Below the pieces are notes generated by a model, which ran no database searches, had not been told where the DNA came from, and saw only the letters and a program-made list of their open reading frames with translations. The position numbers were made by a program, and so were the translations under genes. Of a stretch of DNA of 41,054 nt, positions 17,066 to 27,874 are shown piece by piece (within the stretch, counting starts at the first letter, position 1; each line of letters starts with the position of its first letter). The stretch is from the sequence record SRR22947727_2720; one strand, 5' to 3'.

Positions 17066-18190
17066 ATGACAAAGATCTTAAAAATCAGTTTTGCATCCCT
17101 GTGGATGCTATTTGCCTTAGTGGCTCAAGGGCAGGAACACAGCCATGCGGGTGCAACGGCTATAGAATATCCTAATATACCAGGATATTTAAGCCTAAAA
17201 ACAGATTTTCATATACACTCTGTGTTTTCAGATGGCACCGTATGGCCCAGTATTCGGGTACAAGAAGCCTTGAGAGAAAACCTAGATGCTATTTCACTTA
17301 CGGAACACTTGGAATACCAGCCCCACAAATCAGATATTCCCCATCCAGACAGAAATAGGGCCCACGAAATTGCTCTGAAAGAAGCCGCAGACCACGGTTT
17401 ATTAATTATTCGAGGCTCTGAAATCACCAGGGCGTTGCCAGTAGGGCATAACAATGCCATATTTATTCAAGATGCCAACCCTATTTTACAAGAGGCTGCT
17501 GAAGACGCCTTTAAGGAGGCAAAAAAACAAGGGGCTTTTGTGTTTTGGAACCATCCCGCTTGGTATGTTCAACAACCTAACGGAACGCCTGCGCTGAGTG
17601 ATTTTCAGAAAGAACGCATTAAAAATGATGAGTTACACGGCATAGAAGTGATTAATACAGGAGACTATTCGGAAGAAGCCCTACAAATTGCGCTAGACAA
17701 CGGGCTGACCATTATGGGGACTTCAGATGTGCATGACCTCATTGATTGGGATTATACAGAAAAAGCACAACACAGGCCTATTACATTGGTTTTTGCCAAA
17801 GAAAAAACTGCCGCTAGTTTATTAGAGGCTTTAAAAAATGGAAGAACTGTGGCTGTATTTAATGATTTATTGGTGGGGAAATCTGAGTTTTTAAATCCTT
17901 TAATCAAAGCATCTGTCACTGCTACAGACCTAAAATATATTGGCAAAACACAGGTTTTGTCTGTTACACTTCACAACCATTCAAGCAGTGATTTGCTCTT
18001 TGAAAATCAGATGCCTTTTAGTCTTTACAGGCATTCTCCAGTATTTACCATTCCTGCGGGAGAAAGTATTACACTTCAAATTAAAACCTTAGAAAGAAAA
18101 GATAGCATTGTACTGACCTTAAAAGCATTGGGCGCTTTTACAGCCCCAAAAGTGCAGCCAATCATTGAATGGGAACTCAAGATAGACTAA
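17066..18190 (+). CDS. Secreted PHP-domain phosphoesterase (Sb-PDE-like)
   Basis: DFHIHSVFSDG, DAISLTEHLEY, GSEIT, GHNNAIF, WNHP, GIEVIN, GTSDVH. Confidence 0.88.
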   Translation: MTKILKISFASLWMLFALVAQGQEHSHAGATAIEYPNIPGYLSLKTDFHIHSVFSDGTVWPSIRVQEALRENLDAISLTEHLEYQPHKSDIPHPDRNRAHEIALKEAADHGLLIIRGSEITRALPVGHNNAIFIQDANPILQEAAEDAFKEAKKQGAFVFWNHPAWYVQQPNGTPALSDFQKERIKNDELHGIEVINTGDYSEEALQIALDNGLTIMGTSDVHDLIDWDYTEKAQHRPITLVFAKEKTAASLLEALKNGRTVAVFNDLLVGKSEFLNPLIKASVTATDLKYIGKTQVLSVTLHNHSSSDLLFENQMPFSLYRHSPVFTIPAGESITLQIKTLERKDSIVLTLKALGAFTAPKVQPIIEWELKID

Positions 18191-18233
18191 GAACTCTGTC
18201 AATTTTATTACCTTAGGTCTATCTTTTAGACCC

Positions 18234-19427
18234 ATGCAAAATCCTTTTAAAAAAATGGGGCCTGCCACGCTAGTGGCAGCTGCCTTTATAGGTCCTGGGA
18301 CCGTAACCGCTTGCATGAAAGCAGGGGCAGGCTTTGGAATGTCCCTACTTTGGGCTTTATTGCTCTCTGGTGGTATGACTATTTTATTACAAGAGACCGC
18401 CGCTAGAATTGGCCTCATTACCCAAGAGGGACTTGCAAGTGTCATGCGCAACGCAATTGAAAAAAAGTGGCTCAAAATACTGTTGTCTTGGGGTATATTA
18501 GCCGCTATTTTGGGCGGGAATACCGCCTATGAGGCTGGAAATATAAACGGTGCTATTTTAGGCCTGGAAGCCTTATTTGGTCCAGATTCACTTGTTATTT
18601 ACCCCTTTGTAATTGGAGGCTTAGCAGCGATTCTACTGGGATTTGGCTCCTATAAAACACTGGAAAAATTACTCATTGGACTGGTGGTGTTACTCAGTGG
18701 CTCCTTTTTAATTACAGCTATACTTGTGGGTCCCTCCATGGTGGCGCTGATCAAGGGAGTTGTTTTGGTTCAATTTCCAAAAGACAGTTTATTTACCATC
18801 ATGGCCTTAATAGGCACCACGGTAGTGCCGTATAATTTATTTCTTCACGCTGCACTGGTCAAAGAAAAATGGCAGCAGCCCTCGGATTTAAGTGCCCTAA
18901 GAACAGACACGAAAATTGCGGTAAGTATAGGAGTCTTAGTCTCTATGGCTATTGTGATCACTGCTACCGCCTTGCCAAAGGACAGTTTAAAATCTGTTCT
19001 CGATTTGGCAGAAGGACTGGCGCCACTCTATGGAAGCTTCGCTAAAATTGCTATAGGAATAGGCCTGCTTTCTGCAGGAATTACCTCAGCAGTGACCGCT
19101 CCATTAGCCGCCGCTTATGTAGTAAATAATTGCTTTGACCTTGGTTTAAAGGCCACCCATTGGGGATTTAAAGTCATTAGCTTAGTGATATTGGCATTAG
19201 GCATGTGCTCCCTATTACTAAACTATACCCCCATCAGTGTAATTGTTTTTGCTCAAATTGCAAATGGAATTATCCTCCCAGTACTGGTAGGGCTTTTGTT
19301 TTGGCTTGGAAACAACCAAAAAATGTTAGGAAAACACACCAACAGTAAAACTAAAAATATACTTTTCGGTATTATTTTTATAATTTCAGTGGGTCTCAGT
19401 ATAAAAACCCTTGTGAGTGTATTTTAA
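18234..19427 (+). CDS. NRAMP-family transporter (YcsG-like), probable 5-oxoproline-related uptake
   Basis: GPATLVAAAFIGPGTV, LQETAAR, EAGNINGA, GTTVVPYNLFLH. Directly upstream of pxpABC. Confidence 0.85.
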   Translation: MQNPFKKMGPATLVAAAFIGPGTVTACMKAGAGFGMSLLWALLLSGGMTILLQETAARIGLITQEGLASVMRNAIEKKWLKILLSWGILAAILGGNTAYEAGNINGAILGLEALFGPDSLVIYPFVIGGLAAILLGFGSYKTLEKLLIGLVVLLSGSFLITAILVGPSMVALIKGVVLVQFPKDSLFTIMALIGTTVVPYNLFLHAALVKEKWQQPSDLSALRTDTKIAVSIGVLVSMAIVITATALPKDSLKSVLDLAEGLAPLYGSFAKIAIGIGLLSAGITSAVTAPLAAAYVVNNCFDLGLKATHWGFKVISLVILALGMCSLLLNYTPISVIVFAQIANGIILPVLVGLLFWLGNNQKMLGKHTNSKTKNILFGIIFIISVGLSIKTLVSVF

Positions 19428-19437
19428 AACCAACACT

Positions 19438-20163
19438 ATGACCATAGATTTTAATGCAGATTTGGGAGAAGGTTATGGAGTAGATAAAGAACTCATGCCT
19501 TATTTAGATAGTTGTAGTATTGCCTGCGGCGGCCACTATGGAAATGCCCTCACCATAGCAACTGCAGTGCAATTGGCCCTAAACGAAAAGCTAAAAGTAG
19601 GGGCACATCCTTCTTATCCAGACACCCTCAATTTTGGCAGGCAGTCTATGAAAATGCCTCTAAAAGAATTTCAAGCAGCCATTGAAAAACAATTGGACCT
19701 CTTTTTTAATACTTTGGAAAAGCAGTCAATTCAATGCCACCATATAAAAGCCCATGGCGCTTTGTATTCAGACCTATACCATAGTCCAGAGCTCGCTGGG
19801 GCATATTTAGAAACCCTATCTAACTATCCTTGTACCCTTTTGTACGCCATGCCCCATAAAGCATTTACTGTGGCGGCTGAAGCCCAATATTTTAAGCTCT
19901 ATTCAGAGGGCTTTCTAGACAGGAGGTATAATGAACAAGGTTATTTAATCTCTAGACAATCTAACAACGCTCAGATAGAAAACACTTCGGAAATAGTAGC
20001 ACAATTGCATGATCTTGTGCTAGAAAAGCACATTCCATACCAGAACAGTCAAGGTAAAATAGCCTATTTAGCCACTCAAATAGACACCGTTTGCTTACAT
20101 TCAGACCATCCAAAAGCAATAGAGAGGGCGCAGGCCATTAGAAAAGCCATTTCAAAAATTTAA
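19438..20163 (+). CDS. pxpA: 5-oxoprolinase subunit A (LamB/YcsF family)
   Basis: IDFNADLGEG, IACGGH, GAHPSYPD..NFGR, HIKAHGALY, EGFLDRRY, TVCLHSD. ATG at 19438 preferred. Confidence 0.92.
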   Translation: MTIDFNADLGEGYGVDKELMPYLDSCSIACGGHYGNALTIATAVQLALNEKLKVGAHPSYPDTLNFGRQSMKMPLKEFQAAIEKQLDLFFNTLEKQSIQCHHIKAHGALYSDLYHSPELAGAYLETLSNYPCTLLYAMPHKAFTVAAEAQYFKLYSEGFLDRRYNEQGYLISRQSNNAQIENTSEIVAQLHDLVLEKHIPYQNSQGKIAYLATQIDTVCLHSDHPKAIERAQAIRKAISKI

Positions 20164-20173
20164 TCCTTAAGCT

Positions 20174-21010
20174 ATGTTAGACGCAAAAGAACCGAAGCCT
20201 CCTTATATCTTAGTATACCACCCATACAGTGAATACGCGCTACTCATTCAGTGGCCCCAAATAGTCTCTGAAAATATTTTAGAGGACCTATCTGCTTTTA
20301 AAAAGGTGTTGCAAAATAATTATCCAGACGCTATTTTAACAGCAGCTTATGCCTCTATATTAGCGGTATTCCCTGAGCGAATTACTTCCTTTCCCTTCTT
20401 AAAAGCACAAATAAAAAAAGACTATGAGCTGTTTAGTGAAGAAAAAATTAAAGAGCATCTAGACCCAAAGGACCAGAGCAAAAAGATTAAAAACACCATA
20501 AAGAAGGCCAAAAACACTATAAAAACGATACCAGCACAAAAAATACTGTATAAAATCCCGGTATGCTACGAGGCCTCTTTTGCCCCCGACCTTGAGGCGG
20601 TGTGCACTCAATTAAAACTTTCTCCAGAGGTGCTCATTTCCAAACACAGCAAGGCTACTTACACGGTCTACGGTATTGGCTTCCTTCCAGGATTTATGTA
20701 TTTGGGCGGTCTGGATTCAAAACTTGAGATCCCTAGAAAATCAAGCCCCAGGATGAAAGTTCCTTCCGGTTCTGTTGGGCTTGCCGCCAAGCAAACGGGT
20801 ATATATCCCTGTGAGAGTCCCGGTGGCTGGCAGCTCATTGGCCAAACACCCATACCCTTATTTAACCCCCTACAAGACCCACCTTTTTTTGCGCAGGTGG
20901 GAGACAAAATACAATTTACACCCATCTCAAAAGACGCTTATAAGCTATTACAAATTCAAGTAGCAGCAGGGATTTACAAAATAGAAAAAACGATTTATAC
21001 TAAGCCATGA
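20174..21010 (+). CDS. pxpB: 5-oxoprolinase subunit B (KipI family)
   Basis: IPVCYE...DL, YGIGFLPGFMYLGG, PR.KVPSGSVG, TGIYP.ESPGGWQLIGQTP. Confidence 0.92.
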   Translation: MLDAKEPKPPYILVYHPYSEYALLIQWPQIVSENILEDLSAFKKVLQNNYPDAILTAAYASILAVFPERITSFPFLKAQIKKDYELFSEEKIKEHLDPKDQSKKIKNTIKKAKNTIKTIPAQKILYKIPVCYEASFAPDLEAVCTQLKLSPEVLISKHSKATYTVYGIGFLPGFMYLGGLDSKLEIPRKSSPRMKVPSGSVGLAAKQTGIYPCESPGGWQLIGQTPIPLFNPLQDPPFFAQVGDKIQFTPISKDAYKLLQIQVAAGIYKIEKTIYTKP

Positions 21011-21023
21011 AACCAAAAGCCGC

Positions 21024-21872
21024 ATGATTAAAGTCATTAAAGCTGGTTTATACACCAGTATTCAAGATTTAGGCAGGAGCCCACTGCAACCTATAGGGGT
21101 GCCAATGGGTGGGGCCATGGACCGTGAAAGTGCTCAAAATGCCAACGCCCTTTTAGAGAATGAACCCAATGCCGCAGTGCTGGAAATAACCATGACAGGA
21201 CCTGTATTGACTTTCACAGAAAATGCTTGGGTGGCTTTTAGCGGTGCTATTTTTCCAATTTATATAGATCAAAACATAGCCAGCACCAATACCCCTATTT
21301 GGGTAAAAGCGGGCCAAGAACTGCGTTTTGGTACCCTGGAAAAAGGCGTGAGACTTTATATGGCCATTAAAGGCGGTTTTCTAAATGAGCCCCTATTGGG
21401 AAGTAGGTCCATGCAAGCCCATTTAAGTCCAATCATAAAACTAGAAAAAGGAATGGAACTCCAACACAGATCAGGGGAAAAAGATCAGGCGATAATTCTT
21501 GAAAAAAAGAGCAATACTCCTTTAGGCGCCAAAAAAATCCTCGCCTTTCAAGGGCCGGAATTTAAATACTTAAACCCAGAGCAACAGGAGGGTCTTAACC
21601 AACAAACCTTTAAAGTGAGTAATCTCAACAACAGAATGGCCTACCAGCTACTTCCTTCATTAAGTGCTTTTGAAAAAAACCAAATTACAGGACCTGTATT
21701 ACCAGGCACTGTTCAAATAACCCCTTCGGGAAATGTAATGGTACTCATGAGGGAAGCCCAAACTACGGGGGGCTATCCCAGGATTTTACAACTTACCCAA
21801 GAGAGTATTAATGCTTTGGCGCAATTAAAAACTGGCGACAGTTTTCGAATTAAGATATTGCCTTTAAACTAA
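21024..21872 (+). CDS. pxpC: 5-oxoprolinase subunit C (KipA family)
   Basis: GLYTSIQDLGR, GGAMD, LEITMTGP, LLGSRS, NRMAYQL, PGTVQITPSG, AQTTGGYPRI. Confidence 0.92.
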   Translation: MIKVIKAGLYTSIQDLGRSPLQPIGVPMGGAMDRESAQNANALLENEPNAAVLEITMTGPVLTFTENAWVAFSGAIFPIYIDQNIASTNTPIWVKAGQELRFGTLEKGVRLYMAIKGGFLNEPLLGSRSMQAHLSPIIKLEKGMELQHRSGEKDQAIILEKKSNTPLGAKKILAFQGPEFKYLNPEQQEGLNQQTFKVSNLNNRMAYQLLPSLSAFEKNQITGPVLPGTVQITPSGNVMVLMREAQTTGGYPRILQLTQESINALAQLKTGDSFRIKILPLN

Positions 21873-21933
21873 TGTCCAACACCTCAGCCTCTAAGTAATA
21901 GCTTGCCATTATTGGCTTTCACTAGAATCAATT

Positions 21934-24285
21934 TTAATCTTTTATCACAACCAAGCCATAAGCACCGTGGGCAGCTACCAAAGGGTTGGAAGATTTACTG
22001 AATTTTTTAAAGCGGTCTTTCAAGACCTCTAATTGTGCTATGACCATGCCTTTTACCTCTGCATCCGTATCTTCATTGCCTTTTAAGTCTATTAAAATAT
22101 GGAGGTAGGCCTTTTGTAATTTCCTGTCTAGTACTGACTGTGGCGCTTTATCTAAAACAATATCTGAACTCAGTCTGTTGAGGAGCTCCGGTAATGCCAG
22201 GCCGTTTCCTTCTAAGGTATAATGCGCAGAGAGCATGGCGGTTAATTTTTTAGGTGCTAGCAGACTTTTCAATAAGTCCATTTGCATCTTAGACAGGGCG
22301 TCTAAAGCCCCGTCTGAACTAAAACGAGACACCAAATCTTTAGGAATAAGCCAAGTAGGTGCGTTCCAAACCTCAGCACTCAAAAAATCCAAAGCCTCTA
22401 ACTGGGTTCCCGCAGGCACATTTACATAGGACGTGCCCGCTTGGTTGTTGTTTAATCGTGTTTCGTTTACCCCTCCTACAAGCTTGGCCACATGATAGAC
22501 ATACCTTCTGAACACCCCTAAAAACTCTCCGTGTAATTCAGCCAAATCATCATAAGTGCTATTGGGAAACTGGGCCCATTCATTTAAATTTTTACCGACA
22601 ATTCTCAAGTTAGACAAGCCATAAGTGCTTGCTTTAACAGGATTGTCTCCAATATTTTCTGTTTGTGAATTTGGGTCACTCCCACCAGATCCAAACATAT
22701 AAATTGGGTCTGTACTGCGAGCGTCTACCCACTGGCGCAAACTTTCTTTAACTGCCAATGGATCTTGTCCTTGAAAATAACGATACCCCCATTCAATGGC
22801 ATAGTTGTCATAAGGCCCTAATTGGCGCACAAAACGAATGTTTTTGTCTCCTGGTTGGGCTATATAATTATAACGGGCGTAGTCCATAATGGTCGTGGCA
22901 ATCCCCATTTTCTGGGTAAAAGTACCAGATCTTAAAGAGTCTACCGGATAGGCACTTGAGGCTTTCATATTGTGCGGCAAACCAAGGGCATGCCCTATTT
23001 CATGAGAAATAACGCGGCGCATCATCTCCCCAATTTCTTCCTCAGGGGTGTCTAGGGTTCTGGCTTTCGGATTGGCTGCAGCGGTTTCTAATAAATACCT
23101 GTTTCTGTAAGAACGCAAATGGTTGTGGTACCAAATAATATCGCTCTCAATAATTTCTCCTGTTCTGGGATCAGAAACACTTGGTCCAGTAGCATTTCTG
23201 GTGGTAGACGCCACATAGCGCACCATAGAATAACGGGCGTCTTCCGGACTAAAGTCTGGATCTTCTTCTGGAGTAGGCGCATCTTTGGCTACTATGGCAT
23301 TTTTAAATCCTGCCTTTTCAAAAGCGCTGTTCCAATCTTCTATTCCTTTTCTAAAATAAGGGCGCCATTTTAAGGGAGTAGCGGGATCCAAATAGTACAC
23401 AATTTGCTTCTTTGGCACCACTAATTCTCCGCGCGAGTAGGCCGCTTCATCTGAAGGCTCGAGCCTCCAACGGCGCACTATGCTATAGGCATCGGCCTTT
23501 AAGGCCTCAGAAGAATAATCTATCTTATCCATAGAGAACCAGCCTACCCTACGGTCTTCATAACGCACTGGCATGGGGTCTTCTGGAAGTAAAATAAGGG
23601 AGTGGTTCACTACAAAACTGAGGGTTTCTGTGTTGTTGCCTCTAGGCGCCTTACGCGCGCTATAGGTGAGGGTGTGGGTCACTTCTGTGTTAATGGGAAA
23701 GGAGCGCACGCGGTCTATACTCGAGCGCTTTTTATCTACACCACCCATTTTATAGGCTTCTTTCTGGCGGCTTCCCACTATATTAAAGCCTGGTGAGTCG
23801 TCCGAAAAATAATCTGTTACCTCTATTAAATACTGCCCTTCTTCCTGAGCTTCTATCTCAAATGCTGCCAAAATTGGGTGGTTGTTGTTTTGCACCACAC
23901 TAAGGCTAATGGGATCAGATTCTTGTGCCAAAGCATTATAAGACACTTGGGTCAATATAATTTTTTGTCCTCTTTTTTCAAAATGAACCAGTTGTTCTGA
24001 GGTCTTTGAACCCGCATTGCTGTAGGCAGAATAATTGGCGGGAATGCGCACAATTCTAGTCACCATAAGCAGGTCTTTATTCAAGACATCTTCTGAAATT
24101 CCAAAGAATAATTTACCTCCCACTTCAAAGTAACTGTCTATAAGACCCGCTTCTTTTTGAAGGTCTTCCGTAATTTCTAATAGGGTTTTAGGGGCTTTTT
24201 TATCGGCGCTTTTTTGTGCCTGAAGGCCCATGAAACAAACTAAAAACAATAAAAAAGTAATTTTTGACAATCGAGATAAGGTCAT
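21934..24285 (-). CDS. Secreted zinc-dependent metalloprotease (metzincin; DUF5117/DUF4953-type architecture)
   Basis: Signal peptide, HEIGHALGLPH (HExxHxxGxxH), Met-turn TTIMDY, DPRTGEIIES. Confidence 0.9.
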   Translation of the reverse strand: MTLSRLSKITFLLFLVCFMGLQAQKSADKKAPKTLLEITEDLQKEAGLIDSYFEVGGKLFFGISEDVLNKDLLMVTRIVRIPANYSAYSNAGSKTSEQLVHFEKRGQKIILTQVSYNALAQESDPISLSVVQNNNHPILAAFEIEAQEEGQYLIEVTDYFSDDSPGFNIVGSRQKEAYKMGGVDKKRSSIDRVRSFPINTEVTHTLTYSARKAPRGNNTETLSFVVNHSLILLPEDPMPVRYEDRRVGWFSMDKIDYSSEALKADAYSIVRRWRLEPSDEAAYSRGELVVPKKQIVYYLDPATPLKWRPYFRKGIEDWNSAFEKAGFKNAIVAKDAPTPEEDPDFSPEDARYSMVRYVASTTRNATGPSVSDPRTGEIIESDIIWYHNHLRSYRNRYLLETAAANPKARTLDTPEEEIGEMMRRVISHEIGHALGLPHNMKASSAYPVDSLRSGTFTQKMGIATTIMDYARYNYIAQPGDKNIRFVRQLGPYDNYAIEWGYRYFQGQDPLAVKESLRQWVDARSTDPIYMFGSGGSDPNSQTENIGDNPVKASTYGLSNLRIVGKNLNEWAQFPNSTYDDLAELHGEFLGVFRRYVYHVAKLVGGVNETRLNNNQAGTSYVNVPAGTQLEALDFLSAEVWNAPTWLIPKDLVSRFSSDGALDALSKMQMDLLKSLLAPKKLTAMLSAHYTLEGNGLALPELLNRLSSDIVLDKAPQSVLDRKLQKAYLHILIDLKGNEDTDAEVKGMVIAQLEVLKDRFKKFSKSSNPLVAAHGAYGLVVIKD

Positions 24286-24352
24286 AAGAAGGGGTTTTTA
24301 CACCCCTAATATCGGAAAAAATATCAATAGGTAATATACAGCCATCCAGATC

Positions 24353-24718
24353 TTGCGGCAGAGCCGTCATTTAATTGCACTATGTAATAATAGGGTCCTG
24401 CAGGAAGGGGTTTTTTGCTTTTTTGCATCAGACAGCTCTTATTTAAACCCAAATTTTAAAATGGCACATCTTGTGACAGCTATGAATGTGCCTCAACACC
24501 ATATTAGTTACTGCCTGAGTCATTATATAAATAAATCACTACACCAATTAAAATTAGAATCTAGAATGCAATGGGCTGCTGCAGCATTATTGGACCCAAA
24601 ATTCAATGCCAATACAATAGACGCCATAGGCAATATGGCTGGTTACCAATCCAAGTCTGCCTTCTACAAGGCCTTTAAAGAGCACCATGGCAACACCATA
24701 GGAGTACCAGCAAAATAA
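24353..24718 (+). pseudogene. Remnant of an AraC-family regulator (HTH domain only)
   Basis: YLNPNFKM...VPQHHISYCL...TIDAIGNMAGYQSKSAFYKAFK. In-frame stop at 24332 just upstream, TTG start, no sensor domain, aberrant C-terminus. Confidence 0.65.
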
Positions 24719-24726
24719 TAAATAAC

Positions 24727-27700
24727 CTACTCTACAGCACCTATTCCAGCCTGCCATAACTGCTTATTTACCAAAGGGATCCTTTCATTTCTAAGCTGTT
24801 CACCTTGGGTTTTAAGCAGAGACCATTCTTTGTTAAGTACAGCCATTCGCGTTATAGCACCCTGGTTTAACACCGGCAAACTACTCACTGTTTGATTCAA
24901 TACGTAAAGATAAGATGCCGTGAATTTATTGGGATAATTTTCTACGTCGTCATAAGCTTTTGAAAGCCTTTGGATCATCTCTTGGTCCCAATCTTTTAGG
25001 TCCAGAAGTAAGGCATTCATGCCCAGGCTGAGTTCGGGATTTGACGCTACTTTATTGTTTTTTAACAACTGCGCCAAACTGCTTTGCACAGGGTAAAGTT
25101 CATTCACTAAATGGGCCATTTCTCGGTAATTGGCCTCGCCAATAGTCATAAAATTGTCCCAAGCTACTAGGGCCTCTTGAGTAGCTATTTCAAAGGGGTT
25201 GGGCAAAATTTTCAGGGATACGGTCTTTTGGGTATTGGCCACAGTCAAAATAGCCGTATAATTACCTGCAAGTACTTTATGACCGCTGTAACTGGTCTCA
25301 ATATAGGCCTTTGGAATACCAGGCAAAGACTCGTGTTTCATATCCCAAACAAATCTATTGAGCCCAGTTTTTAAAGACAAAACAGGATTGGGATCGGGTG
25401 CCCCTTCGTAAGGGCTGTAAGAAGGATCTTTAAGCCCGCTAAAACGTCTAATCACATGGTCCTTTGCATCCCTAATCTCCAAAGCAATGTCTTTGTCGGA
25501 AATTCCTTCTGGTAAATGGTAATAGAAAACCACTCCGTTCACAGGATTCACTCCTGTAAAATCTTGGGTCGCTTTAGGTGCCATTGCGGCATTCATTCCA
25601 CTGTACCAATTCCCTAAGACAGCCGGTTCAGGGGTAAAAAACTGAAGCCCATTTAAAGCCATTGGTTTGGCTTGTCTAATGAGGGCTAAGTCATCTAACA
25701 CCCAAAAAGATCGGCCCTGGGTGGCTACTATAAGATCATTGTGTTTAATCAGCAAGTCTGTAACAGGAACATTAGGCAGGTTTAACTGTAATGTTTCCCA
25801 ATTTTTTCCGCCATTTAAGGAGTAATATACCCCCTTTTCTGTACCTGCAAAAAGCAAATCTTTCACCACAGGGTCCTCGCGAACTACCCTAGTAAAGGAC
25901 CCCTCTGGAATTCCAGCCGATATTTCTTCCCATCGCGCCCCATAATTTACACTTTTGTAGAGTCCAGGCATTTTGTCGTTAAATTTATAGCGGGTGGTAG
26001 CTATATAAACCGTGGCCGGATCATGAGGCGACACCTCAATGGCGTTTATGATGGTTTCTGGCAAACCCCGGGGGGTCACATTTTTCCAAGTATTACCACC
26101 ATCTTTGGTCAAATGCACCAGACCGTCATCTGAGCCGGTGTATAGAACTCCTTTTTCATGGGGAGATTCCACCACATAAGCGAGTGTGCCATAATTTTCT
26201 GCCCCAACTGCTTCAATAGTGTAAGGACCACCACCGTGCACCTGCTTGGACTTGTCGTTCATGGTCAAATCAGGGGAAATCACAGCCCAACTCTGGCCTA
26301 CATCTGTGGTTTTGAGTAGGTACTGCGCACCATGAAAATAAGTGTTCTCCTCATGAACAGACCTAATAATAGGGGCGTTCCAATTAAAACGATACTTCAT
26401 TTCGCTGGCCGCCATACCCAAATACTGAATGGGGTCTATCATGATATTGGTACTGGACTTACGCTCGGGGTAATAAGCGTCAATAGTCCCCAAATAACTC
26501 CCTCCCAAGACCACATCTGGCTGGTCTGGGTCAAAGGCTAAAAAGGCACTTTCGCCTCCGGCCGATGCCTCCCAACTCTCTTCCCCAATACCCCCACTTC
26601 CCAGCGCAAGACTCGCAATCCGAACACTGGTGTTGTCCTGTTGTCCGCCATAGATATTATAAGGATATAAATGGTCTGCGTTTACCCTGTAAAACTGAGC
26701 GGTTGGCATGTTGTTTTGAGAGGACCAACTGTCTCCACCATTAAAACTAATGGCCGCACCGCCGTCGTCTGCCAAGACCATTTGCTTGTTATTGGTTGGG
26801 TGTATCCATAAATCGTGATAATCTCCGTGGGCCCCATTCATTTCTTCCCAATTTTTACCTCCGTCAATAGATTTATAAGCAGTAGCACTCATGACATAAA
26901 TGGTGTCTGCGTCTAAAGGATCTAAAAACACCTCAGTATAGTACCAGGCACGCTGAATGAGTCTATGGTCTGCAGAAATCCTGGTCCAATTTTCTCCTGA
27001 GTCTTCAGAAACAAATAAGCCCCCTTTTTCTTGCTTAGAGTCGCTTTCAATGAGCGCCACCACTTTAGAGGGATTGGCCCTAGATACTGTAATGGCCATT
27101 TTTCCTTTCTCTGCTGGCAAACCTTCTTTTAGTTCGGTCCAATGGGCGCCGCCGTCTGTTGTTTTGTACAGACCACTACCAGGACCCCCACTCACCACCT
27201 GCCAAGGCAATCTTTGGTGTTCCCACATGGCGGCATACAGCACTTCTGGATTTTGCATATCCATAGACAATTCTGCAGCACCACTAAGGTCATTTACAAA
27301 CAATTGACGCACCCAACTTTTTCCGCCGTCTGTGGTTTTATAAATACCCCGTTCTGGATTGGGTCCATGCAAGGCCCCTTGAGCAGCTACGTAAACAATA
27401 TCCGGATTGCTGGGGTGAATTCTAATTCTTGAAATATGCTGTGTGGCATCTAAACCCAAATGTTGCCAGGTCTTACCGCCGTCTAATGATTTATAAACCC
27501 CGTCTCCATAAGTGGTCATAACCCCCCTTGGTGCGTGCTCTCCCATACCCACATAAATAATATTGGGATGGCTTTCAGACACCGCCACCGCTCCAACAGA
27601 GCCCGTATTAAAAAACCCATCAGACACATTGTTCCAATGTTGGCCCGCGTCTGCTGTTTTCCACAATCCACCCCCCGTCGTACCCATATAATAGGTCAAT

Positions 27701-27855
27701 GGATCTTGAACCACCCCAGAAGCCGCTACCGACCTGCCGCCTCTAAAAGGGCCAATATTTCTGTATTTCACCATGGAGGAAAAGGCCTCTTCTACCTGTC
27801 CTAAAACAGTATTAGCTGAGGCAATAGCCACTAAAAGGAAAAAATATTTTTTCAT
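24727..27855 (-). CDS. Secreted BNR/Asp-box (VPS10/sortilin-like) beta-propeller protein, often annotated as a glycosyl hydrolase
   Basis: [12 protein letters not shown] start and about ten Asp-boxes ([45 protein letters not shown]). Confidence 0.9.
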   Translation of the reverse strand: MKKYFFLLVAIASANTVLGQVEEAFSSMVKYRNIGPFRGGRSVAASGVVQDPLTYYMGTTGGGLWKTADAGQHWNNVSDGFFNTGSVGAVAVSESHPNIIYVGMGEHAPRGVMTTYGDGVYKSLDGGKTWQHLGLDATQHISRIRIHPSNPDIVYVAAQGALHGPNPERGIYKTTDGGKSWVRQLFVNDLSGAAELSMDMQNPEVLYAAMWEHQRLPWQVVSGGPGSGLYKTTDGGAHWTELKEGLPAEKGKMAITVSRANPSKVVALIESDSKQEKGGLFVSEDSGENWTRISADHRLIQRAWYYTEVFLDPLDADTIYVMSATAYKSIDGGKNWEEMNGAHGDYHDLWIHPTNNKQMVLADDGGAAISFNGGDSWSSQNNMPTAQFYRVNADHLYPYNIYGGQQDNTSVRIASLALGSGGIGEESWEASAGGESAFLAFDPDQPDVVLGGSYLGTIDAYYPERKSSTNIMIDPIQYLGMAASEMKYRFNWNAPIIRSVHEENTYFHGAQYLLKTTDVGQSWAVISPDLTMNDKSKQVHGGGPYTIEAVGAENYGTLAYVVESPHEKGVLYTGSDDGLVHLTKDGGNTWKNVTPRGLPETIINAIEVSPHDPATVYIATTRYKFNDKMPGLYKSVNYGARWEEISAGIPEGSFTRVVREDPVVKDLLFAGTEKGVYYSLNGGKNWETLQLNLPNVPVTDLLIKHNDLIVATQGRSFWVLDDLALIRQAKPMALNGLQFFTPEPAVLGNWYSGMNAAMAPKATQDFTGVNPVNGVVFYYHLPEGISDKDIALEIRDAKDHVIRRFSGLKDPSYSPYEGAPDPNPVLSLKTGLNRFVWDMKHESLPGIPKAYIETSYSGHKVLAGNYTAILTVANTQKTVSLKILPNPFEIATQEALVAWDNFMTIGEANYREMAHLVNELYPVQSSLAQLLKNNKVASNPELSLGMNALLLDLKDWDQEMIQRLSKAYDDVENYPNKFTASYLYVLNQTVSSLPVLNQGAITRMAVLNKEWSLLKTQGEQLRNERIPLVNKQLWQAGIGAVE

Positions 27856-27874
27856 GATTTTTTATTTAAACAGT

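Noticed and set aside
18234-19427. MntH manganese importer
   Set aside because: It has IGPGT rather than the DPGN metal-binding motif and is coupled to pxpABC, as YcsG-like transporters are.
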